From positions 1-64,000 of IMG/VR virus record IMGVR_UViG_3300015371_000021: a DNA stretch of 64,000 bases; one strand, given 5' to 3'. The notes under the pieces were generated by a model. It was given only the letters and a program-made list of their open reading frames with translations. It had not been told where the DNA came from and did not search any database. This document shows, piece after piece, positions 8,716 to 16,735 of this stretch. Made by a program: the position numbers and the translations under genes. The stretch's first letter is position 1; every line of letters starts with the position of its first letter. The stretch is from a virus.

Positions 8716-8936
8716 CGCGCTCTAGCCGTATGCAGGAGTACATACCGCGCCCAACGCTTGTCGGGGCTTTTTTCCCAATGCGTGATGATGTGGTGCCCAG
8801 CCTTACGCAGTTCATAAATCCGCGCGGCTAGGCGAAAGCAGTCAAAGCGACGCAGTGCAAGTTGCGGAGTGATTGCCCGCCCTTCCTGTAACGCGGCGAG
8901 AATCCTGCGGTTTTGTGAGTCGGTGGCAGCACTCAT
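8712..8936 (-). CDS. winged helix-turn-helix protein
   Basis: SQNRRILAALQEGRAIT..ALRRFDCFRLAARIYELRKAGH.I, a common phage wHTH. Confidence 0.8.
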   Translation of the reverse strand: MSAATDSQNRRILAALQEGRAITPQLALRRFDCFRLAARIYELRKAGHHIITHWEKSPDKRWARYVLLHTARAR

Positions 8937-9139
8937 CGCACAACACGCTCCGGCATCGGCGTCACCTTCGGATGATCGGTCGCGATCTGTGCCGGCTCGT
9001 CATCTTCGTTCACCGCCTTGCGAAACGTCTTGAGTCCGTGGCCGAAATCGGCCATCAGCTTGCTGACCTTGTTGCCACCGAACAGCAACAGCACGACAGC
9101 CAGCACGATCGCCCAGTGTGCGAGAGACATCGCGCCCAT
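8933..9139 (-). CDS. tatA: twin-arginine translocase subunit TatA/E
   Basis: MGAMSLAHWAIVLAVVLLLFGGNKVSKLMADFGHGLKTFRKAV: TM helix, FG hinge and amphipathic helix of alphaproteobacterial TatA. Confidence 0.9.
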   Translation of the reverse strand: MGAMSLAHWAIVLAVVLLLFGGNKVSKLMADFGHGLKTFRKAVNEDDEPAQIATDHPKVTPMPERVVR

Positions 9140-9261
9140 CACTCAGCTCCCAAAGCACAGAGTATAAGGACAACGGTACCAACTAGCCCAAGGCCGGACA
9201 CCAGCCCGACAAAAGCGTCACCCGTTACCTGCCACACGGCCAGGATGGCGTTGGTGCCCAT
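9139..9261 (-). CDS. 40-aa single-TM peptide coupled to tatA
   Basis: GGGAG RBS; MGTNAILAVWQVTGDAFVGLVSGLGLVGTVVLILCALGAE*; TGATG overlap with the tatA start. Confidence 0.55.
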   Translation of the reverse strand: MGTNAILAVWQVTGDAFVGLVSGLGLVGTVVLILCALGAE

Positions 9262-9277
9262 TGGATCGCTCCCAGGC

Positions 9278-9661
9278 TCACATGCCCATGGCTTTTTTGA
9301 GCAATATCAAAAGTGCCCGCTGCTGGTCATCCGTCAGGTTGTCCGCGTTCAAGGTGCGCGGCTCCTCGTGAATCACATCCGGTTTGCCGACGCCTCTATC
9401 CATGACAGCTTGCGCTGCCATGAGGCCAACACGCGTGTCAGAGTCCTCCATCAGCTCCACCAAGCGCGCAGCGGCGCGCGGCGAGGCTTCCCGGCAGATT
9501 CTCTGGCACTCCAGATAAGCCCCTGATTTTCCTGAAGGATTTCCGCGCTGGCCCTTTTTCCACGGAGGCGCAATACGACCACCATGCGGCTGCGGCAGCA
9601 GTTCCCTTCCGCTAGCCGAATTTCCGGTAGCCGATCCGCTTGATGTAGCGGTTTCGCTCAT
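9278..9661 (-). CDS. putative terminase small subunit (DUF5681-like)
   Basis: PPWKKGQRGNPSG...AAARLVELM...AAQAVMDRGVGKP motif. Confidence 0.7.
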   Translation of the reverse strand: MSETATSSGSATGNSASGRELLPQPHGGRIAPPWKKGQRGNPSGKSGAYLECQRICREASPRAAARLVELMEDSDTRVGLMAAQAVMDRGVGKPDVIHEEPRTLNADNLTDDQQRALLILLKKAMGM

Positions 9662-9723
9662 TTCCCGCACTTACCACGACTTACAAGAATTCCGCTACCT
9701 CACGAACACGTGATACACAGAAC

Positions 9724-9778
9724 AGGGATATTTCCCTTGACTGTCTCGCTGTTCCTGACTATCTCAGATGCGAGACAG
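9724..9778 (+). promoter_or_regulatory. promoter with operator palindromes
   Basis: AGGGATATTTCCCT immediately before TTGACT; inverted repeat ctgtctcgc/gcgagacag spans the promoter. Confidence 0.6.
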
Positions 9779-9892
9779 AACCCAACACCGAGGCTAAGGG
9801 AATACAGCAAGAGGCGAAGCGGCGGAACAGTCGATAGTGCTCTTGGGGAAGTCCCGAGTTGGTTGAAAAGCCTCAGAAGAACGGAGGGAACA

Positions 9893-10201
9893 ATGAATAA
9901 GCCATACATCGAACAGGACTGCACCATCACACACGAAGGCAAGTCCTACACTTCTGGTGGAGCAGCTGTCACAGCAGATTACATCATCGCCTATCCGCTG
10001 AAGAATGGTGTCCTTGGAGACTGGCACGGTCGACCAATCGGCACATGGCGATCAGTTTCGACATGGCGCGTCAATTCGTGGATCAGCAGCCACATGCACC
10101 AAATCGAGGCCATCGTTAACAGTGTAACTTATACAGGACGCGGCTTCGGCGAAGGCATGGTCTATCGCGGCAAGCGCAAGGTATCGCGCTACGGCGGCTA
10201 A
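9893..10201 (+). CDS. hypothetical protein
   Basis: GGAGGG RBS, MNKPYIEQDC... Confidence 0.65.
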   Translation: MNKPYIEQDCTITHEGKSYTSGGAAVTADYIIAYPLKNGVLGDWHGRPIGTWRSVSTWRVNSWISSHMHQIEAIVNSVTYTGRGFGEGMVYRGKRKVSRYGG

Positions 10202-10284
10202 CCCAGACACCGGGCAGCGTGGGGCGCTGCCCTAGCCTGGAGTAGCCGAAGCTAGCAGGAACGAAAATAACCGGGGACAAACCA

Positions 10285-10512
10285 ATGAACGACAACGACC
10301 TTCGCTATGAAACTCAGCCCTCCGAACTCGACATCCGCGTGATGGGCATGCTGATCGACACCTACTCGGTGCCGCAGCTGTTAGAGCTCGTCGTGGACCA
10401 CTGCGCGGAACGCGCAGACCGCGCGAAAGCGGCGGGATGCAGCGCCAAAGCCGCAGTATGGAACCGCTACGTTAACCGAATCGAGGCGGCAATCACCACG
10501 ATTGCCGCGTAA
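10285..10512 (+). CDS. hypothetical protein
   Basis: ORF with RBS in a plus-strand cassette. Confidence 0.6.
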   Translation: MNDNDLRYETQPSELDIRVMGMLIDTYSVPQLLELVVDHCAERADRAKAAGCSAKAAVWNRYVNRIEAAITTIAA

Positions 10513-10529
10513 GCAACGGAGACGGAGGA

Positions 10530-10733
10530 ATGAAACGCGCGGCGCTAATGGCGCTCCTATGCCTCGCTTTGGGCGGCTGCGTTGACCGGCACGCCCAATT
10601 CCAGGACGCGAACGGGCACTGGGTCGGGGGCTGCAGCGCCACCGGCTGGGGGATCATCGGGGCGATCGTCGCGGCCTCGAACTACAACACGTGCATGGAG
10701 CGGGCGCAGGAGAAAGGTCTGCGACCGATCTAG
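10530..10733 (+). CDS. lipoprotein
   Basis: MKRAALMALLCLALGG-C lipobox; GGAGG RBS. Confidence 0.75.
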   Translation: MKRAALMALLCLALGGCVDRHAQFQDANGHWVGGCSATGWGIIGAIVAASNYNTCMERAQEKGLRPI

Positions 10734-10752
10734 CTCGAGCAAGGAGGAAACA

Positions 10753-11070
10753 ATGACAGAAGAACCACACTGGCGCATCCGCCGGACGGCGGCGGGCTTT
10801 GTCGAACTACGCGACGAAGACTTCCTTGGCCGCGAGTGGCGGCGGCAATTCTGGGTGCCGCAGGAGGGTGGCGTCATCCGGGAGAGCAATGACGGGCGAT
10901 GGGGATACGACCACGAGGTGTGCGAGTTGCTGGCCCACGGCGGGAGGCCGCTGCAGGCGACGCAGTCCACCCTACTGGACGTAATCCGCCGCGAATACCG
11001 CCGTGCCGTCGCCCAGGAGCGCCGCCAGGGCGTTCTGGACTACAAGGGCACCCTACCCACCGGCCCATAG
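10753..11070 (+). CDS. hypothetical protein
   Basis: AAGGAGG RBS, MTEEPHWRIRR... Confidence 0.7.
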   Translation: MTEEPHWRIRRTAAGFVELRDEDFLGREWRRQFWVPQEGGVIRESNDGRWGYDHEVCELLAHGGRPLQATQSTLLDVIRREYRRAVAQERRQGVLDYKGTLPTGP

Positions 11071-11081
11071 CTCCGCCGCCA

Positions 11082-11258
11082 ATGTGGAGGCTTCTCCGGC
11101 CCGTTACGGCCAGCGCGCTCCTCTGGGGCGCGTTGCTGTTATGGGTGCTGGCGTGCTTCGGGATACTGGTGGCGCTGTATTTTGCCGAGAAGCAGCTGGG
11201 GAGCGATCTGCACTACGGCATGATCCCGATACGTTCAGGGGCCGAAGGCAGGGGGTAG
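11082..11258 (+). CDS. small membrane protein
   Basis: Single long hydrophobic segment. Confidence 0.45.
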   Translation: MWRLLRPVTASALLWGALLLWVLACFGILVALYFAEKQLGSDLHYGMIPIRSGAEGRG

Positions 11259-11402
11259 GTTTGGCCCCCACTCGCCTCTACCGCCCCGATCCACAGCAGC
11301 AGGGCCAGGATCAGCACGAGTAGCACGATTAGGCCATAGGCCAGGACGCGGAACAAAGCGGCCGGGTCGAATGGCATTTACGGAATGCCGCGGACAAAAG
11401 GA

Positions 11403-11660
11403 TTTTGTGTATACAAAACGGGGGTTCGTTGCATTTTAGTTCGTTTCATTTATCCCGTTCCCGGGGTGAACGGGTAAATGAAACGGGGAACTTTTGCAAG
11501 TAGAAAATAAGGCCTTCTGTTTCGCCTGTTTCAGGCTGTTTCAAAACAGCCGAAACAGGCAGATTTCCGCCATTTTTTAGGGTGTAGGGGTCGCTGTTTC
11601 AGCGGTTTTTGTTTCAGCCTAATCTTCGGGGCGCTGTTTCAGCTCGATTTTGCCTGTTTC
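11403..11660. other. putative replication origin (iterons + hairpin, AT-rich)
   Basis: CTGTTTC at 11517, 11526, 11536, 11594, 11634 and 11654, a near-copy at 11610 and an inverted copy at 11552; long hairpin 11442-11485; at the 3' end of the primase-helicase gene. Confidence 0.65.
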
Positions 11661-13463
11661 GGTCAGCAGGTATTTGCCGCGAAACACCCGCACCAGCCTG
11701 TCAGTCGTCAGCTGCTGCAGGTGCCGGCGCACCTTGGAAAAATTGGGAATGCCGGCGTCATTGACCCAGCCGGCCTCTCTGGCCAGCTCCCGAAGCGAGA
11801 TATCGGGACGCTGATTGAGCCAATAGAGCACCGCGTTCTCATCCGCGCGGGTTTGTTTGGCCGCATGTGCCGCGGCTTCAGAGCTGATCGGCTCAGCGAC
11901 AACAGTCATAAAGGGCCGGCCATGTTTGTCGAGAAGCCCAGTCGGCACGGGTCGCAGGTCGTAGGTAAGCGGCGCAAAATCAGGACCGCGGATTTTCCCC
12001 TGCCAGTGCATTTCGGTTTTTTCGCGGGCGTCACTCGCCCACAAGGTGAGGTTGGCGTCCATCTCATTGAGAAAGCCGCCACCACCACGGGGTAAGAGGT
12101 TGTCTGCCGCCGCCCGCTTGATCGGATGACACAGTGGGATAACCGCGGGGTGGCCGGTGCATTCTGCGATGAACCGACGGAACGAACGGCCATAGGCACC
12201 CGCCTGCACGTTGTCGTTTTCATCGTCGCCGGGATAGAACGCTGCAGCGGTATCGCCAATAATCGCCGTAATCGGCACGCCTAGGGCGTTGATTTCCGCA
12301 ATCAGCGCGTCAATCTCGCTGTCGCTTAAGGGAAACGAGTGCGGCATCACGTAGGGCATATCTTCGGCACGTAGGCTGAATGCCTGCGCCATTCCGACCA
12401 TCCGCGCCTTGAGGTCTTCGGGGTTCTCGCCGGCCAGGTAGACGACGAAGCCTTTCGTCACTTCCATGTTCACAATCGGCCGGCCGGCCTGGATCATGCA
12501 CGCATTGTAGAGCCACACCGCGGTTTTGCCGTGACCGGTATTGGAGGTGCAGGAATAAAGCCTGCTGCGCTGCACAATGCCATCGATCAGCCAGTCGGGG
12601 ACGACGAGGCTCGACATGAACGTGGCACCCGTGACGATGCGGCTAGGGGGTGGGGCGGCGGGGCCTACTTCAGGCTGGGCTTCCGCCAGCTCGCGCAATT
12701 CCTCGACGTCATGGCCGGCGTCCAGCCAGTCAGACACGTCACCCTTTGGGGGCAGATCGGGCAGCAGCAGGACGCGCACCGAGGCGGCGGTGCCACGCAA
12801 GGCGTTGGCCACTTGGGCCGCGTGCTTTGCGCCGGGTGCGTCATTATCCTGCAGCACCACCACGGGCTTGCCGGCGAAGTGGGACGCGTAGTCAGCCCGC
12901 CACTTTTCCGCGCCACCGATATTGGTGGTGGCGATCAGTCCCTCGCCATGCAGACGATCGGCGTCCTTTTCCCCTTCGCATATCCAGACGGTTTCCGCCC
13001 CGGAGTGAATCAGGCCAGGTAGGCGATAGAGCAGCCGGTCGTGGTTTGGGATATGGGCCACCGACCAACGGCCATCTGGGGCGCGCTGACGAAAGCGCGG
13101 GCTGCCGGACAGCGTGCGAACCACCTGGAGGACCAGGCTTCCGTCCGCGTCGCGGTAATCGTAGAGGCGGGCGATGTCCTGCTCGTGGGGGAGGCGGGGG
13201 CCATGGCCATTAGTGCGCGGACGCGCATCGTTAGCGGGCGGTGGCACCCGGCGCGCCAGCATGTGGAGGTCGCGGTAGCCGCCGCCCTCGTTGGTCTCAT
13301 TGTCAAACCAGACGTTCTTGTCCGTTCGGACGGATTTGCTTTCTTTCGCGCCGAACCGGAGTTCGTTGGGCGCGCGTCTGGTGGGCTGACCCCATAGCTC
13401 GATCGCCAGTTCGACAATTGACGGCCACGATGGGTCAGGCGTGTAGCCGCTCATCGTGCGCAC
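11619..13463 (-). CDS. primase-helicase (TOPRIM + RepA/AAA_25 ATPase)
   Basis: CEGEKDAD and DND..G TOPRIM motifs, KGDVSDW, Walker A SNTGHGKT. Confidence 0.9.
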   Translation of the reverse strand: MRTMSGYTPDPSWPSIVELAIELWGQPTRRAPNELRFGAKESKSVRTDKNVWFDNETNEGGGYRDLHMLARRVPPPANDARPRTNGHGPRLPHEQDIARLYDYRDADGSLVLQVVRTLSGSPRFRQRAPDGRWSVAHIPNHDRLLYRLPGLIHSGAETVWICEGEKDADRLHGEGLIATTNIGGAEKWRADYASHFAGKPVVVLQDNDAPGAKHAAQVANALRGTAASVRVLLLPDLPPKGDVSDWLDAGHDVEELRELAEAQPEVGPAAPPPSRIVTGATFMSSLVVPDWLIDGIVQRSRLYSCTSNTGHGKTAVWLYNACMIQAGRPIVNMEVTKGFVVYLAGENPEDLKARMVGMAQAFSLRAEDMPYVMPHSFPLSDSEIDALIAEINALGVPITAIIGDTAAAFYPGDDENDNVQAGAYGRSFRRFIAECTGHPAVIPLCHPIKRAAADNLLPRGGGGFLNEMDANLTLWASDAREKTEMHWQGKIRGPDFAPLTYDLRPVPTGLLDKHGRPFMTVVAEPISSEAAAHAAKQTRADENAVLYWLNQRPDISLRELAREAGWVNDAGIPNFSKVRRHLQQLTTDRLVRVFRGKYLLTETGKIELKQRPED

Positions 13464-13920
13464 ACGGCACGGTGCAGGCGGAATAGGGTGGCGATCTCCA
13501 CACTGACCAAGCAGGCGGCGACGAAAAGCGCCTCAGGCCCTTTTAGGGCGGCTTGGTGCTCCTCTTTTAGGTCGAATGCGCACTCCCAGGCACGCTGCGC
13601 CACGAGTGGCGGAGGCAGCACTGGGATTTTCGGCATCGGCACGTTCCTTCCGTTCGGGATCGGACGACCGCAAAGGTTGGGACCCCATAGGGTCGGACCG
13701 CAGAGGTTGAGACCAGCACGAGAGGCACAGCGCGCGGGGCGCCCTGGCGCGCCATTTACCGGGCAGTTCGAAAAGGGAGGTGGCGGGGGCCTCGCCAGGA
13801 TCGACGATATGCAGGTCTGGCGTGCCACAGACGGCGCAGACGAGCCCTGGGAGGATCATAGCGCGACAATGGTCATGGGGCCGCCTGGGAGCCTCACGGG
13901 GGTGGGGCCGTCCGGTAGGA

Positions 13921-14556
13921 TCACGGCAACAGGGCGCGCTGGGTAGCAGCAGAGCGGGCGAGCTGGCGCGCTGTAGGGCGGGTGCGCCGGCGGTGGCCTT
14001 TGGTTGGTGGCTCCGGGTCGTTGGCCGGGGCGGGCGGGGCGTTCTCGTCGGCGATGAAGGCCGTCGCGTTCTCTCGCCTTGTCTCCCAGCCGCTACTAGC
14101 ACCACCAGGGCGGTGGCCCTTGGCTGCCTCTTTGGCTTCCTGCCGTCTGACTGCCGCGGCGTAGAGTTCGTCACCGACTTGCGCGACGGTGCGCCAGTTG
14201 GCCCGTAAGGGGACGCTGTGGCGCTCGCACGCCTCGCCGTAGGCCATGACGCTGTCGACCCATGTGGCGGGATGGCCGATAGCCGCGAGGCGGCCCAGTA
14301 TGTGCTCTTGCTGGGAGCCTTCCTGTACCTTGTTCCCTGGCGCCTTCAGCTCGCAGCGGAACGTACGGCCACCGTTCAAGCACAACTCGGTGTCGGGCCA
14401 GCCGGAACGAATGCCGCGAGACGCTTCGTGCAGATGCTCAAGCGCGGAGCGGGCCGCTCCACGATCGTGACAAGCGAATTCATGTTCGACGGCAATTGCC
14501 CGTGCCACAAACCACTTAATGCAGCTTTGCAATGACCATTCGCGATGAACAGCCAT
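13921..14556 (-). CDS. VRR-NUC family nuclease
   Basis: GIRSGWPD...CELKAPG..QQ PD-(D/E)xK motif. Confidence 0.75.
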   Translation of the reverse strand: MAVHREWSLQSCIKWFVARAIAVEHEFACHDRGAARSALEHLHEASRGIRSGWPDTELCLNGGRTFRCELKAPGNKVQEGSQQEHILGRLAAIGHPATWVDSVMAYGEACERHSVPLRANWRTVAQVGDELYAAAVRRQEAKEAAKGHRPGGASSGWETRRENATAFIADENAPPAPANDPEPPTKGHRRRTRPTARQLARSAATQRALLP

Positions 14557-14596
14557 CAGTGTGCGTTACCGAACATAAGGTGACGTTCCCTGGTGT

Positions 14597-14610
14597 GGGG
14601 ATATTTCCCC
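14597..14610. promoter_or_regulatory. operator palindrome
   Basis: GGGGATATTTCCCC, same core as at 9725 and 15257. Confidence 0.6.
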
Positions 14611-14859
14611 TTGAAGTGATGCGGACGATAGGCAAAAAATACCGGCCTCAAGCCGGGGGGCGGCATAGAAGCCGGTCAGGCAACTTTGGAGGAAACGCTT
14701 TTAATCAACTCAAGGCGGTAAGTCACATAACTGTCAGACTGGGAGGCCAACCTGTCAAGCCAAAAAAAGGTAGAGGGCTACGATTCGAAGGGAAACATCC
14801 CCGCTCAGCCGCGGCGTGGTGCGCGGCAGAAACAGCCCGAGCATTACAATTTGGAGGCG

Positions 14860-15252
14860 ATGTCGCCGATCGCGCGACAAATCTTTTATCTTGCGATGGC
14901 TACGGGCAGAACGCCCTATCAGCTTTCGCACGAAATCGGCGACAAATACGGGACCTATTTTCGCGACCTGTTCAACGGGACATTCAAAGAGCCACAGGCA
15001 GACAAGCTGCAGCTGATCGCGCGCGCGCTGGACTGTTCGGTGGAAGACCTACTTCCCAGCCTCACGGAGCAACCGCATCGCCTCAGAAATAGCCGCGCGA
15101 ACGACCCGTTCTTTACCCGCCCCAGTCAAACTACGCCAAAAGTCCAGCAACGCAGCCTCCTCGAGCTGCTCCGTCGCGCTCGGCGTATTTGGCGTCGTAC
15201 TGGGGTTCATTGGTCGATTGAACACGACCGGCTGAGAAGCAGAAGTTCTTGA
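14860..15252 (+). CDS. XRE-family HTH repressor
   Basis: TPYQLSHEIG...EPQADKLQLIARALDCSVEDLL HTH_XRE signature; at the divergence point. Confidence 0.8.
   Translation: MSPIARQIFYLAMATGRTPYQLSHEIGDKYGTYFRDLFNGTFKEPQADKLQLIARALDCSVEDLLPSLTEQPHRLRNSRANDPFFTRPSQTTPKVQQRSLLELLRRARRIWRRTGVHWSIEHDRLRSRSS
15049..15210 (-). CDS. antisense 53-aa helical protein resembling an XRE C-terminal dimerisation segment
   Basis: MNPSTT...EEAALLDFWRSLTGAGKERVVRAAISEAMRLLREAGK*. Confidence 0.45.
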   Translation of the reverse strand: MNPSTTPNTPSATEQLEEAALLDFWRSLTGAGKERVVRAAISEAMRLLREAGK

Positions 15253-15278
15253 CACAGGGAAATTTCCCCGGTTATGAT
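15249..15278 (+). promoter_or_regulatory. sigma70 promoter with operator in the spacer
   Basis: TTGACA-18nt-TATGAT; perfect palindrome GGGAAATTTCCC at 15257-15268. Confidence 0.75.
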
Positions 15279-15303
15279 CGTCGCCAACAGAGGAAACATC
15301 ATC

Positions 15304-15663
15304 ATGCACAACGTCACCTGTATCGCGTGTGGCGCGCTGGTGGAAGAAGGAATCGTCAAGGATTGTATGGGCACGGGTCGCGTCGACCTTGACTGCCCTG
15401 GCCATCCAGATCAATGGGCGCTGCGTCATTTTATGGACCCGCACCGGGCCTACAATTTACGGAGCGCCGTCGATCGCATGGCGATACGCGCGGCGATCGA
15501 GCGGCGCATTCGGGCCTGCGGGCAGCATTTCGCCATCCTGCGTGAGGACGATGCCGATCGCATCGTGGTCGGTAGGCGGCGTCAGAGCTACCTCGCGGCA
15601 CTCGACGTGCTCGACCGCTACGAGCCGGTGCGCGTCAACTACGGCAGGACGCTGGAGCCATGA
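15304..15663 (+). CDS. hypothetical protein
   Basis: First gene after the promoter; AGAGG RBS; CxxC. Confidence 0.6.
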   Translation: MHNVTCIACGALVEEGIVKDCMGTGRVDLDCPGHPDQWALRHFMDPHRAYNLRSAVDRMAIRAAIERRIRACGQHFAILREDDADRIVVGRRRQSYLAALDVLDRYEPVRVNYGRTLEP

Positions 15664-15848
15664 GCTACGAAAGCGCGCACCAACTCGCCGACGAGTTGTT
15701 CGATTGGCTAATGGATAGTTCTGAGGGTGCGCCAGAGATCATGATGGCGATGACGCTGGTATTCGAAAGGCTGCTTCGGCGGTGCCCACCGCCGATGCAG
15801 AGAAAGACCCTCAAAACGCTGGAGGAGGTATTGGAGATGGAGCCGTGA
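15660..15848 (+). CDS. hypothetical protein
   Basis: ATGA-coupled. Confidence 0.55.
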   Translation: MSYESAHQLADELFDWLMDSSEGAPEIMMAMTLVFERLLRRCPPPMQRKTLKTLEEVLEMEP

Positions 15849-16102
15849 GCGAGCCACTCTCCACGCAGTTGGAGGAGGCCAAGCGCCTCATAGTAGCGCT
15901 AGCTAAGTACGAGGGGCCGTTCCAGCGTAAACTGATGGTGCTGGCGCAGGCGTTTACCGCCTATGCAGCGCTGGCGCGGCGCTTAGAGGAGCGCAACGAG
16001 AGCTTGGAAATCAGCAACGCCATGCAATACCAGCCACCGGAATACGAACCACCGCGCCACCGTTGGTGGCAGATGGTTAGCGTGACAAGGAAAGACACAT
16101 GA
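15845..16102 (+). CDS. hypothetical protein
   Basis: GTGA-coupled, MSEPLSTQLEEAK. Confidence 0.55.
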   Translation: MSEPLSTQLEEAKRLIVALAKYEGPFQRKLMVLAQAFTAYAALARRLEERNESLEISNAMQYQPPEYEPPRHRWWQMVSVTRKDT

Positions 16103-16323
16103 CCCAAATTCCTCTCACCATCGACCTGGCAAACTGCAGCGAACACGAATTGCAGCTGATTGCCGATCGGCTACCGATGGCCAAGAAGGTGCCAGGCGTG
16201 GTCTGGGAGTTTCGCCCGCGCATCGCCCGGCCGTCGATGTTCAAGCGCTATCTCGAAGATCAGCAAAACGGTGCGGCGGCTGGTGCCGGTACAGAGCCAC
16301 CGGAAGGGCCAGCGGTGCAGTGA
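16099..16323 (+). CDS. hypothetical protein
   Basis: ATGA-coupled. Confidence 0.55.
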   Translation: MTQIPLTIDLANCSEHELQLIADRLPMAKKVPGVVWEFRPRIARPSMFKRYLEDQQNGAAAGAGTEPPEGPAVQ

Positions 16324-16571
16324 ACACGAGCTACACCCTCGCGGAGATCGAGGCGCTACGTGGGCATCTGTATCACTACCTACGGTTCAGCCAATCGTAT
16401 TGGCTGGATGACGGTTGGACTAGGGCTATGTACGAACCTCCCGATGAGCTACTTGAAGACCAACTTCGCACCTACATGCTCGCGGGCATCAGACCAGAAG
16501 AAATGCAGCATAGATCGCAGGAAGCCTGCGATCGGTTTTTTGCGGCGGACCCCAAACGCGATGACCAATGA
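16320..16571 (+). CDS. hypothetical protein
   Basis: GTGA-coupled. Confidence 0.55.
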   Translation: MNTSYTLAEIEALRGHLYHYLRFSQSYWLDDGWTRAMYEPPDELLEDQLRTYMLAGIRPEEMQHRSQEACDRFFAADPKRDDQ

Positions 16572-16735
16572 CCCTGATCCGCGGCCCAACCTCCTACTGG
16601 GCAACGACACTGTCATGAAGCGGTGCGCACGCCGCAGGTCCCGGATGTGCCACGGATCGGGCCGGGACCACTACTAAGGCGCAAGCCCCATAAGAAACTG
16701 AGGGAACACCACCCTTTACTGAACCGAGGAAACAA

